Positions 26,490 to 34,827 are shown, numbered from the stretch's first letter. The stretch: DNA of 37,771 nucleotides from a virus (IMGVR_UViG_3300050196_000125:1-37771); one strand, 5' to 3'. The notes: generated by a model not told the origin, from the letters alone. Made by a program: numbers and translations.

Positions 26490-26520
26490 AGCCCCAACGT
26501 GAAAACTGCGGGGCTTTTTT
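26490..26520 (+). terminator. Terminator-like hairpin
   Basis: AGCCCC...GGGGCT followed by TTTTT. Confidence 0.6.
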
Positions 26521-26538
26521 CATGGAGCCAATCAATGG

Positions 26539-27036
26539 CTAAATAGTGCAACCTTGATGCAGGGTTCTTTTTGCTGCTAGGTATGCTTCATGAGCCAACT
26601 CTGGAGTGTCAAACCGGCCTAAATTCCATGTTTTCTTGTTGACCGAAATTACCGCCCTATACCTACCAGCATTAAGACTGACACCTAGAAAACCACATTT
26701 ATTGTTTTTCATTGGGCTGCGCTTGTTTTGCATGTTGACTGCATGATTAGCCTCCCTGAGATTAGAAATCCTGTTGTCGCTTGGCTCTCCATTTATGTGG
26801 TCTATTAGTTTTGGCCAATATCCATAAACATAGAACCATGCCAAGCGATGCGACAAATAAACACGGTTGTCTACTTTTAGCCGAAGGTGTCCGTCCGACA
26901 AAGGTGCACCTTGAAGTGGGCCAAGCGCTACATTCTTAGATGCAGCGATTCTGGTGAAAACGCCAGTTTCCGAATCGTAATGAATTAGCTGCTTGAGCCT
27001 TTCAACGGTCAAGCCTTTAAAATCCTTGTCAGCCAT
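26539..27036 (-). CDS. HNH-AP2 homing endonuclease
   Basis: HRLAWFYVYG...IDHINGEPSDNRISNLRE, then AP2-like GFLGVS...YRAVI...LGRFDTPELAHEAY. Confidence 0.92.
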   Translation of the reverse strand: MADKDFKGLTVERLKQLIHYDSETGVFTRIAASKNVALGPLQGAPLSDGHLRLKVDNRVYLSHRLAWFYVYGYWPKLIDHINGEPSDNRISNLREANHAVNMQNKRSPMKNNKCGFLGVSLNAGRYRAVISVNKKTWNLGRFDTPELAHEAYLAAKRTLHQGCTI

Positions 27037-27039
27037 GAT

Positions 27040-27108
27040 GACTCCTTAACAGTCTGATTGGTTAGAAGCCTCGTCGTGTGTCCAGCACTTCGGGGCTTCG
27101 CTATTTTA
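27040..27108 (-). repeat. 69-bp leader repeat, copy 1 (upstream of HNH-AP2)
   Basis: Identical to 32233-32301. Confidence 0.95.
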
Positions 27109-27117
27109 ACTTTTAGT

Positions 27118-27141
27118 AGCCCTCCAAGCGAGGGCTTTTTT
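27118..27141 (+). terminator. Terminator-like hairpin before the tail fibre gene
   Basis: AGCCCTC-caagc-GAGGGCT followed by TTTTT. Confidence 0.7.
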
Positions 27142-27161
27142 GTGCCTGAAAGGATATACAA

Positions 27162-28715
27162 ATGGCATTCTTTTTGAGTCCCATCTGCAACGACCAGCAG
27201 ACTGACGCTAACGGCAATCCTCTTGTCGGCGGCAAGGTCTACACCTATCTGGCAGGCTCCAGCACTCCCGCTGCGACCTACACAGACAGCACGGGCGCAA
27301 CTCCGCAGGCAAACCCCATCATCCTGAACAGCTTGGGGCTTCCTGCTTCGCCCATCTGGTTAACCGGTGGCGTATCGTACAAGTTCGTCATCAAGACGGC
27401 CGCAGACGTCACCGTGCGTACTGTTGACAACGTTACTGGTGTGAATGACGTTTCCAGCACTGCGCAAGAGTGGAATGAAACCGGATTCGTCCCGACCTAT
27501 CTGAGCGCTACACAGTTCTCAGTTCCAGGCGACCAGACCGCAACCTTGCAAGTGAACCGCAGGCTGCGCAACAAGGTTACATCTGGTTATGCCTATGGGC
27601 GCGCGAGCGTGTCCACCTTCTCTGCCGGTGTCACCACTGTAACGATGGTGAACGATGGCACTCCGCTTGATTCCGGCTTGTCAAGCGTAGCAACTAGCTT
27701 TCTTAGTGCCTCTCCGACATCGATTCCTTACGGTGCCTATCAGACTGTTGGCGATGCCTCGCAAGTGCTGTCAAAGATTCAGCCCATCTTGGCAACCGTC
27801 AACGGCTCAGGTGGTGCGCCTGCTAATGGCGTGCGCGTCACGTTGAATCCTACTTGGCTGGATTTCCGCAGCACAACAGCAAATTCAGGCGCTGTTTCAA
27901 CGATTCAGGTTCCCTCTGCGTTGACCTTGGATGTTCCATCGGGCGCAACGCTAGGGACTATCAGCGCTGTAGCGTCAAAGATTGCAATTCTTGCCATCAA
28001 CAACGGCGGCACAGTGGAATTAGCTGTTGTCAATACCGCTTCTGTGCTTCTGGATGAATCTGGAACCATCAACACAACGGCAATTAGCGGCGCGGCTTCA
28101 GGGTTGACAACCGTTTATTCCGCTGCGGCTCGTTCGTCTGTTGCATACATGATTGTGGGTTACTTCATTAGCACACAAGCAACGGCGGGGACTTGGGTAA
28201 CTGTCCCGACATTGGTTCAAGGTGTGCGCGGTTATACGCCTATTACTCAGGCGGCAACCCTTGGAACAGCCGTTACCACATCCGGCGCTAACTCCTACGA
28301 CATCACCGGCATCGCAAGTTATGCGAAACGCATCACCGTGACGTTCAACCAAGTGAGCGACACGACCCCCAGCAACATGCTGATTCAGCTTGGCTCTGGC
28401 TCCGTTCAGACAACCGGCTACGCAGCTACCGGCATTTTTGCTGGAACTTCAGCCTCTGGGGCGACAAGTACCGCAGGCTTCCCTGTTGTTGTATCCCAGA
28501 ACGGCACTTCCCTAATTTCGGGGCAAGTGGTGTTCACACACATGGGCGGCAACACTTGGTCATGTTTCGGAGTCTTGGCGCGTACCAATGAAAACCTGAT
28601 GCAGTTTTGCGCGGGTGTTGTGACTCTTTCCGGTGCGCTTGATCGCTTGCGCTTGACCACAGCCAGCGGCACATCTGCCTTTGATGGTGGTTCGATAAAC
28701 ACGCTGGTGGAGTAG
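27162..28715 (+). CDS. Tail fibre/tailspike with P22-like head-binding N-terminal domain
   Basis: DANGNPLVGGKVYTYLAGSSTP..TYTD...NPIILNSLG...YKFVIK; Thr/Ser/Gly-rich body. Confidence 0.85.
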   Translation: MAFFLSPICNDQQTDANGNPLVGGKVYTYLAGSSTPAATYTDSTGATPQANPIILNSLGLPASPIWLTGGVSYKFVIKTAADVTVRTVDNVTGVNDVSSTAQEWNETGFVPTYLSATQFSVPGDQTATLQVNRRLRNKVTSGYAYGRASVSTFSAGVTTVTMVNDGTPLDSGLSSVATSFLSASPTSIPYGAYQTVGDASQVLSKIQPILATVNGSGGAPANGVRVTLNPTWLDFRSTTANSGAVSTIQVPSALTLDVPSGATLGTISAVASKIAILAINNGGTVELAVVNTASVLLDESGTINTTAISGAASGLTTVYSAAARSSVAYMIVGYFISTQATAGTWVTVPTLVQGVRGYTPITQAATLGTAVTTSGANSYDITGIASYAKRITVTFNQVSDTTPSNMLIQLGSGSVQTTGYAATGIFAGTSASGATSTAGFPVVVSQNGTSLISGQVVFTHMGGNTWSCFGVLARTNENLMQFCAGVVTLSGALDRLRLTTASGTSAFDGGSINTLVE

Positions 28716-28717
28716 CC

Positions 28718-28951
28718 ATGAACTACCAAGACCTCATCAACATAGCGGCAGGAACGGTACTAACGGTTATGGGCTGGTTTGCTCGCCAACTCTGGGACGC
28801 TGTGAAGGGCTTACAAGCTGACCTCTCAGCATTGCGGGAAGAAATCGCTAAGGACTACACCCGACGCGATGACTTCAAGGAACTGGCAACAGAGATTCGC
28901 CAGATGTTCCGCGAGATCAGCGACAAGCTAGACAAGAAGGCCGACAAATGA
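28718..28951 (+). CDS. Holin-like/hemolysin-like membrane protein
   Basis: One N-terminal TM segment plus a coiled coil ending KLDKKADK; start of the lysis cluster. Confidence 0.6.
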   Translation: MNYQDLINIAAGTVLTVMGWFARQLWDAVKGLQADLSALREEIAKDYTRRDDFKELATEIRQMFREISDKLDKKADK

Positions 28952-29415
28952 TTACCGCACTCCTATCCTTCCTCGGCGGCAATGTGTTCCGGATGATCTT
29001 CGGGGAGGTCATTAGCTATCTGAACAAGAAGCAAGACCACGCGCAAGAACTTGACCGCATGAAGCTGCAAAACGCGCTAGATGCTGCCCAGCATGAGCGC
29101 AACCTCAAAGCCATCACGGTGCAGGCTGAACTAGGCGTAAAGACCATTCAGGTGCAGGCAGAGGCGGCTATAGGTGAGATTGAGGCGCAAGGCTGGCTAG
29201 AGGCTGTAAAGTCCACATCCACCAAGACCGGCATTGTCTGGGTTGATGCTTGGAACGCAGTTATCCGGCCTGCTGTTGCTACATGGTCTGTAGCAATGAT
29301 GACCTTGGCTGAGATTGGCGCAGTCGCTCAGTTGTCAGAGCAGACATGGGCCATCTGTGGCGCTGCTCTGGGTATCTACCTAGCAGATCGCGCACTGTTT
29401 AAGCGGGGTAAGTGA
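28948..29415 (+). CDS. Lysis-cluster membrane protein (putative holin)
   Basis: Hydrophobic N-terminus, VIRPAVATW and C-terminal TM segments; coupled to the lysozyme gene. Confidence 0.6.
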   Translation: MITALLSFLGGNVFRMIFGEVISYLNKKQDHAQELDRMKLQNALDAAQHERNLKAITVQAELGVKTIQVQAEAAIGEIEAQGWLEAVKSTSTKTGIVWVDAWNAVIRPAVATWSVAMMTLAEIGAVAQLSEQTWAICGAALGIYLADRALFKRGK

Positions 29416-29858
29416 TGACAGACGCTGTGCAAGTTGCCGCAGCGTTAGCCCGAAGGTTTGAGGGTCTGTACCTGACCCCATACCTGTGCCCAGCGGGTGT
29501 GCCAACTATTGGCTATGGGGCGACCTACTACGAAGACGGTACGCCCGTAACCATTCGTGATGCAGCTATCACCAGAACACGCGCAGACGCTTTGCTTCTG
29601 TGGATGGTGCGCAAGGTCTATCTGCCCGCAGTAGTGGTGCTGTGTCCATACATCACCGACCCAAACCGCCTGGCCGCAATTATTGATTTTGCTTTCAACC
29701 TTGGCAGCAAGAGGCTCAAAACCTCCACGCTCCGGCGCAAGGTCAATGCAGGCGATTGGGAAGCCGTGCCCGCAGAGCTGCGCAAGTGGACTAAGGGCGG
29801 TGGTGTGGTTCTTCGTGGCTTGGTGCTTCGTCGTGAAGCTGAGATTGCCCTCATTTAG
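29415..29858 (+). CDS. Endolysin (GH24 lysozyme)
   Basis: FEGLYLTPYLCPAGVPTIGYG, FAFNLG, STLRRKVNAGDW, LRGLVLRR. Confidence 0.93.
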   Translation: MTDAVQVAAALARRFEGLYLTPYLCPAGVPTIGYGATYYEDGTPVTIRDAAITRTRADALLLWMVRKVYLPAVVVLCPYITDPNRLAAIIDFAFNLGSKRLKTSTLRRKVNAGDWEAVPAELRKWTKGGGVVLRGLVLRREAEIALI

Positions 29859-29866
29859 GAGGTTCT

Positions 29867-30043
29867 ATGCGTATCTTTTTGATGACCATGCTTCTCTCGT
29901 TCTCGGCTACAGCCCAGACACCCCCCGTAGAAGTCGGTGCCATGTGCGACAAGCACGGCAACATTCTGATAGCAGTCGCAGCGCATCAGGCGGGTCTCTA
30001 CAAGTTCACGCTACCCGTCAACTTCTGCGGTGTAGGCGTATGA
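29867..30043 (+). CDS. 58-aa secreted protein (absent from the ORF track)
   Basis: AGGAGG RBS; MRIFLMTMLLSFSATA signal peptide; two Cys residues. Confidence 0.6.
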   Translation: MRIFLMTMLLSFSATAQTPPVEVGAMCDKHGNILIAVAAHQAGLYKFTLPVNFCGVGV

Positions 30044-30399
30044 AGACAACCCCCGAGCATGTAGAGGAATTTGCCCTCTACATCGCAGAGTTTCAGAACC
30101 TGCTCAACCTCAGAGACTGGCGCATAGAGCCAAGCGGGAAGCCTGCCAGCAAGGGCGCAATGGCTGAAGTTGGCATATCTCTGGATGACCGTCTCGCTGT
30201 TTGGAGCCTTGGGAAAGATTGGGGAAACATGCCAATCAACTCCAAGACGCTGCGAGAGACCGCACTGCATGAAGTTCTCCACATCTTCATGAAACCTCTC
30301 ATCGATTCAGCCATGCAGCGCGATGAATCAGCTATTGCAACGCTCGAGCATTCCGCGATTGTGGTGCTGGAGAAGTTGCTTTCACAGGTGAACACATGA
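30040..30399 (+). CDS. HEXXH metallopeptidase-like protein
   Basis: MKTTPEH start coupled by ATGA; TALHEVLHIF. Confidence 0.7.
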   Translation: MKTTPEHVEEFALYIAEFQNLLNLRDWRIEPSGKPASKGAMAEVGISLDDRLAVWSLGKDWGNMPINSKTLRETALHEVLHIFMKPLIDSAMQRDESAIATLEHSAIVVLEKLLSQVNT

Positions 30400-31550
30400 A
30401 TTACAAAGACTTGACGCAATACGCCACACAGCGCGAGCTTGATTACATCGAAGCCCTAGACAAGCACGGCAGCACCCGCAAGGCTGCAAAGGCGCTAGGC
30501 GTGGCTCGTAGCGGCTTCTGTGAAGCTCTGGCACGGCTCAAGAAACGTGCAGCACTCAAAGGCTACAGCCCTGAACACGACATGGTGCATACGGTGCCGG
30601 ATGGCTTCAAGGTCAAGGGCGTGTCCACCTACTACAACGCAGAGGGAAAACCGTCAGGCCAGTGGGTGAAGTCTTCGGCTGACGCTGAGAGACAAGCGGA
30701 GTTGATGCGGGAAATGATCGATGCCATGTGCAGAGACGTTCCCAAATTGGGCACGGTCATACCCCCAGAGGGTACGAGTTCCAAGCTGTTGAACGTGATT
30801 CCTATGGGTGACCCGCACCACGGTTTGTACGCATGGGCGGCGGAATCTGGCGACGATTTTGATAGCGAGATTGCACGAAAGTTGACTCTTGGCGCGGTTG
30901 ATCGCCTCATGGCGGCGGCCCCCAATGCTGAAACGTGCGTCATTCTTCCTCTGGGTGACGTTTTCCACGCCAACGACCAAAGCAACGTAACGCCAGGACA
31001 CAAGCACCAGCTTGACGTTGATTCGCGCTTCGTGAAGGTGCTAGGAATTGGCATTGAGACATACCGCTACGCAGTCATCAAGGCGCTGGAAAAGCATCAG
31101 AAGGTGATTGTTCGGTTTGTCTCTGGCAACCATGACCCGCAGGCAGTGTGGGCGCTTGCCTTCACCATTCAGGCGTATTTCTCAGATAACCCTCGGGTAA
31201 CGGTTGACCTATCCCCCTCTAAATTCTGGTTTCACGAATTTGGAAAGGTGCTGATTGGCGCAACCCACGGCGACACGGTGAAGCATGAAGCGCTCTTAGG
31301 CGTGATGGCTTGCGACAAGGCCGAAGCATGGGGGCGCACCAAACACCGGTATTGGTACACCGGACACGTTCACCACAAGAGCGTTAAAGAGTTCCCCGGC
31401 GTTGTGTGCGAGTCATTCCGCACCCTAGCGGCAAAAGACGCTTACGCAGCAGGACACGGCTACAGGGCAGGGCGCGATATGCAGTGCATCACGCACCACA
31501 TCGAGCATGGAGAGATTGAGCGTCATCGCTGCGATGTTGGGATGCTTTAG
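30396..31550 (+). CDS. Calcineurin-like metallophosphoesterase with N-terminal HTH
   Basis: GDPHHG, LGDVFH, GNHD, THGD and GHVHH motifs; HGSTRKAAKALGV HTH. Confidence 0.88.
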   Translation: MNYKDLTQYATQRELDYIEALDKHGSTRKAAKALGVARSGFCEALARLKKRAALKGYSPEHDMVHTVPDGFKVKGVSTYYNAEGKPSGQWVKSSADAERQAELMREMIDAMCRDVPKLGTVIPPEGTSSKLLNVIPMGDPHHGLYAWAAESGDDFDSEIARKLTLGAVDRLMAAAPNAETCVILPLGDVFHANDQSNVTPGHKHQLDVDSRFVKVLGIGIETYRYAVIKALEKHQKVIVRFVSGNHDPQAVWALAFTIQAYFSDNPRVTVDLSPSKFWFHEFGKVLIGATHGDTVKHEALLGVMACDKAEAWGRTKHRYWYTGHVHHKSVKEFPGVVCESFRTLAAKDAYAAGHGYRAGRDMQCITHHIEHGEIERHRCDVGML

Positions 31551-32229
31551 CGTGTCTTGCCTTTGCAGCCGCTGAGAGCTTTGCTCTCCACTCAGGGGTA
31601 ATAACTCGCCCCTTCAATGCTGCGCTGACTTTCGCCCTCATCTCTGGGGTTTTATTCTTGAGCGCAGTAGCTGCGCCTACTATGGCGCGGTGCTCGGCTG
31701 ATATTTGCTTCCCCTTGTGAACCTTGCTGATTGCAAGCCTATGCTCGGCTGAAGGGGAAACGCGCTTACTGCTCAGACTCATTTTGAGTTTTGTTTCTTC
31801 GCTGTGCTTTCTGCCCTTGAAAGAAACGCAGTACTCCAGCCGCTTTTCGTATGGGATGGCTTTTTGCCCTTTTGACATCTTTGCTCTGGCTTCGTCAGAG
31901 TGCTTGTAACCCGCAGCCGACCCGCCAACGACCAAGGTGTTATAGCCATCAATTCCATTCGCGCTGTTGAAGAATGAAACGTAGTGCGTTTCGCGCTCAA
32001 AAATCTTGCTTTTGTCCGCAACGATTTCCAAAATGGAAAACTCAAACGCGTCGGCTCCGTATTTGTTCCAAGCCCTTTGCAAGGCTGCCGAATGGTGGGT
32101 GTTTTTACGCAGCGATGATCTGTGGCCGCTCCATCGAGCTTTGATGTTCACGGATGAACCGATATACACCTTGCCGTTGACAAGGTTCTTTATCTGGTAG
32201 ATGCCAGATGCGATAATGGCATGAGCCAT
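31489..32229 (-). CDS. GIY-YIG homing endonuclease with NUMOD3-like repeats
   Basis: SGIYQIKNLVNGKVYIGSSVNIKARW..H; HSDEARAKMS, HSEETKLKMS and SAEHR repeats. Confidence 0.93.
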   Translation of the reverse strand: MAHAIIASGIYQIKNLVNGKVYIGSSVNIKARWSGHRSSLRKNTHHSAALQRAWNKYGADAFEFSILEIVADKSKIFERETHYVSFFNSANGIDGYNTLVVGGSAAGYKHSDEARAKMSKGQKAIPYEKRLEYCVSFKGRKHSEETKLKMSLSSKRVSPSAEHRLAISKVHKGKQISAEHRAIVGAATALKNKTPEMRAKVSAALKGRVITPEWRAKLSAAAKARHAKASQHRSDDAQSLHARCGA

Positions 32230-32232
32230 GGC

Positions 32233-32301
32233 GACTCCTTAACAGTCTGATTGGTTAGAAGCCTCGTCGTGTGTCCAGCACTTCGGGGCTTCGCTATTTT
32301 A
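32233..32301 (-). repeat. 69-bp leader repeat, copy 2 (upstream of GIY-YIG)
   Basis: Identical to 27040-27108. Confidence 0.95.
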
Positions 32302-32320
32302 CATCTTTGACGCCAAAACA

Positions 32321-32367
32321 GCTATTCACAAAGCTATTCATTACTCTATTCACGAATAGCGAATGGC
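32321..32367. repeat. Candidate integrase arm-type / Xis binding sites
   Basis: CTATTCA three times at 12-bp spacing (32322, 32334, 32346), then inverted GAATAGC and GAATGGC. Confidence 0.5.
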
Positions 32368-32532
32368 GATTAAACGTGCTGGGGATTTTTTGGCATATCG
32401 CATAGAAACGGGCGTAAAAAAGCCCCGTAAAAACGAGGCTGGTTTACTGGTCATGCGCCAACGGTTGCGGCAACGATGCGCCAATTCTTGATTGCTGCTA
32501 TGTTTTTCGTAGCAATCAAGCCACTGTATTAG

Positions 32533-32589
32533 TGGTGCCCAGGGCCGGACTCGAACCGGCACGCCTTGCGGCGGGGGATTTTGAGTCCC
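32533..32589 (-). other. attP core: 3' half of tRNA-Leu(CAA)
   Basis: Minus strand GGGA-CTCAAAA-TCCCC, long variable arm, GCCGG-TTCGAGT-CCGGC, CCTGGGCACCA. No 5' half; adjacent to the integrase 3' end. Confidence 0.9.
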
Positions 32590-32697
32590 ATAGCGGAATG
32601 GCTTAACCATGCGGGTTTTCGCCCGATTATTGGCGCATCAAATCCAGATTTACCAGAATGTTTTTCATTCGTAAGCCTGAATTATGCGCCTATGGTT

Positions 32698-33699
32698 TTA
32701 CCGCACTGCCTTGAGCCTTGTGCCCTTGGTTCGGTAGTGGTCGTCCGTCACCTTTTTGCTGCTGTGCTGGAGTAGCTTGCTGGCTGCGTCGTTGTCCTCT
32801 GCCAGATCAGCCGCACGTTTGCGCATATCACGTAGGTACATGGCGCGGATGTCCTTTGCAAGCGCTGGATTGGCCTTTGCAGCCGCTTCTCTGGCTTCGT
32901 CGTACCTATCCCGCAGCATGGACGCTGAAACCTGCCTGCCGGTCTTTGTGGTCAACAGCATGACGCTATCGGCGTTCCCTCGGCGTTCAAGCAGGGCGGT
33001 TAGCACTGGCGACTGTGCGACCTCAAAATAAGCCCATTTCCCCGTCTTTCCTGCCTTGAACCGCAGTCGGCCATCTACCGGCATACGCACGGTGCGAACA
33101 TCGGTCAAGCGCATTCCGGTTGCCGTGGCTATGTCCATCGCATCGCGCAGCACTTGGTCAGCCTTTTGATAAACGGCGTCAAACATGGCGTCTGTTACTT
33201 CAAATTGCCGTGCGCTCTCTGGGTTCTTCCAATCCTTCAGGCCAGCGGCAGGCCATTGAAGCTCAGTCATCCCCCACAGTCTTGCCTTCCCCCACACGAT
33301 AGACAGCACCGACAATTCGCGGTTTCCTTGCGTCTTGGCTGTGCGCAAATCCAAATAGGTGCGCAACACCGGCAAGTTCACTTCATGCCATGCCATCTGC
33401 CCGAAAGCTGCTTCCACCCGCCTTAGTTGCTTGGTGTAGTCGTTTCTGGTTCCGGTGTTCCCGTACTTGGGGATTTCAAACTCGCGCCAACGGTCTATGG
33501 CCTCTTGAATCCTGCCCACTGTTAACGGCTGGTCAAGGTGCAGCTTCTTCCATTGTTCAATGGCTAGGGCGTAGTCAGTGCCAAGCCTTACATCGGGTTT
33601 CCCTGTTCCCCGCATGTCGTAGGTGTAATAAACCCAGACCTGCCCTCCAGCGCCTTTGTAGGTCTTGGAGCGCAAGCGGGGATACTTTGACTTCTTCAC
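32698..33699 (-). CDS. int: Tyrosine recombinase (phage integrase)
   Basis: TGMRLTDV, KAGKTG, LRDMRKRAA, LLQHSSKKVTDDHY. Confidence 0.93.
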   Translation of the reverse strand: MKKSKYPRLRSKTYKGAGGQVWVYYTYDMRGTGKPDVRLGTDYALAIEQWKKLHLDQPLTVGRIQEAIDRWREFEIPKYGNTGTRNDYTKQLRRVEAAFGQMAWHEVNLPVLRTYLDLRTAKTQGNRELSVLSIVWGKARLWGMTELQWPAAGLKDWKNPESARQFEVTDAMFDAVYQKADQVLRDAMDIATATGMRLTDVRTVRMPVDGRLRFKAGKTGKWAYFEVAQSPVLTALLERRGNADSVMLLTTKTGRQVSASMLRDRYDEAREAAAKANPALAKDIRAMYLRDMRKRAADLAEDNDAASKLLQHSSKKVTDDHYRTKGTRLKAVR

Positions 33700-33902
33700 T
33701 TGATGCCTGCCAAGTTAAGCCCACCGGAATGAACGACATTCCTTCCGGCCAGCCAGTTGCGCACATGCTCACGGCTCACGATAACGCGCCTGCCATCCTG
33801 ACGGAAGGCTACTCCTTTTTCTTTCAGCCAGGTTACTTGTGCATTTGGCCGTGCATAGCCGGTGAGCTGGTGAAGTTCTTGGGTTTGCAAAAATTCAGTC
33901 AT
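33696..33902 (-). CDS. xis: Excisionase-like protein (DUF4224-like)
   Basis: FLQTQELHQLTGYARPNAQVTWLKEKGVAF; immediately upstream of int. Confidence 0.75.
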   Translation of the reverse strand: MTEFLQTQELHQLTGYARPNAQVTWLKEKGVAFRQDGRRVIVSREHVRNWLAGRNVVHSGGLNLAGIK

Positions 33903-34324
33903 TGAACCTCCTTCTTGAGCCAATCGACGTAATAGGGCAGCAAATCAACCTTATTGATGTTCCCGTACTTGTTGACGGTCATCACGTTGAAGCCTATGTC
34001 GTAGTAGCCAAAGTCAATAGCCATCTTTCCGTATGTGCGCAGCTTGTCGCCGGACATCGGGCTATGAATCTCCACCTCAAAGAAAATCAGTGATTCCTCG
34101 TCTTCGTCGTGGTGGATTGCAAAGCCATCCGGTATCAGGTCAATCCTGTCAACGAGAATCTGAATGTCGGCAATGTCCTCATGGTTGCAAAACTCGGCAA
34201 TGGTTTCAGTCTTCCAGTTCTTCGTTTTGATTTCTGGGTACGTGTCCAAAAGCGCCTGAAGAACATGGGCCTGCTTTACGTCTGAAATGCCAACGTAATG
34301 TTGTGCGGCTTGTTTAACGTCCAT
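33899..34324 (-). CDS. Acidic protein with a PD-(D/E)XK-like motif
   Basis: IPDGF...IFFEVEIH; GGAG RBS. Confidence 0.6.
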   Translation of the reverse strand: MDVKQAAQHYVGISDVKQAHVLQALLDTYPEIKTKNWKTETIAEFCNHEDIADIQILVDRIDLIPDGFAIHHDEDEESLIFFEVEIHSPMSGDKLRTYGKMAIDFGYYDIGFNVMTVNKYGNINKVDLLPYYVDWLKKEVQ

Positions 34325-34541
34325 TCCACTCCCTCCGAGGCAAGAGCTTGCATTCCATGGTTGCAGGGTCAATCTCGATCACGCCATAGTCGCCATATTC
34401 AAAATACTCTCTGGAGAAATCCTCACGCTGTTTTGCCATGCGCGGCGTAATGTCGTCCTCATCCTCTGGAAATGGGTGTTTGCTGTTGACGATTTCCCAA
34501 ATAGCGTCTGGGTCTTTGAATTGAATTTGAATCTTGCTCAC
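34314..34541 (-). CDS. Hypothetical protein
   Basis: 75 aa; IQIQFKDPD...YFEYGDY; coupled to neighbours. Confidence 0.65.
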   Translation of the reverse strand: MSKIQIQFKDPDAIWEIVNSKHPFPEDEDDITPRMAKQREDFSREYFEYGDYGVIEIDPATMECKLLPRREWNGR

Positions 34542-34750
34542 TTCCCTTCCTCCTTCTGCTGCAATTCGCGCATAACGTCTGCGTCAATCTGTCGGCGCAA
34601 ACTCTCGACACCGATTGCGGTTGCTACCTTGTAGGGGTTGCTTGCGTCAACGCTTGCTGGTGCTTCTTTCTTGAAGATGCGCAACCAGTTCGCATTGAAC
34701 TTCTCTTGGTCTGTCGGGCGCTGTGTTGAACCTTTGCCTCCGTCGCTCAT
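34538..34750 (-). CDS. Hypothetical protein
   Basis: MSDGGKGSTQRPTDQEKFNANWLRIF; GGAGG RBS. Confidence 0.65.
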   Translation of the reverse strand: MSDGGKGSTQRPTDQEKFNANWLRIFKKEAPASVDASNPYKVATAIGVESLRRQIDADVMRELQQKEEGK

Positions 34751-34827
34751 GATTTCCTCCGTGGGCACTCGCGCCCCTGGTTGCACTTCTGATTGCATGG
34801 TGGGCAGATTGGGATAAATGGGGTCAT
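34747..34827 (-). CDS. 26-aa Cys-rich mini-protein
   Basis: MTPFIPICPPCNQKCNQGRECPRRKS; GGAGG RBS; ATGA-coupled at both ends. Confidence 0.6.
   Translation of the reverse strand: MTPFIPICPPCNQKCNQGRECPRRKS

Noticed and set aside
29683-30039. 238-aa ORF as an embedded spanin
   Set aside because: No TM segment or lipobox; only the part from ATG 30040 looks coding, and the upstream part overlaps the lysozyme and the 58-aa gene.
32533-32589. Functional phage-encoded tRNA-Leu
   Set aside because: The 5' acceptor strand and D-arm are missing, so it is an att core.
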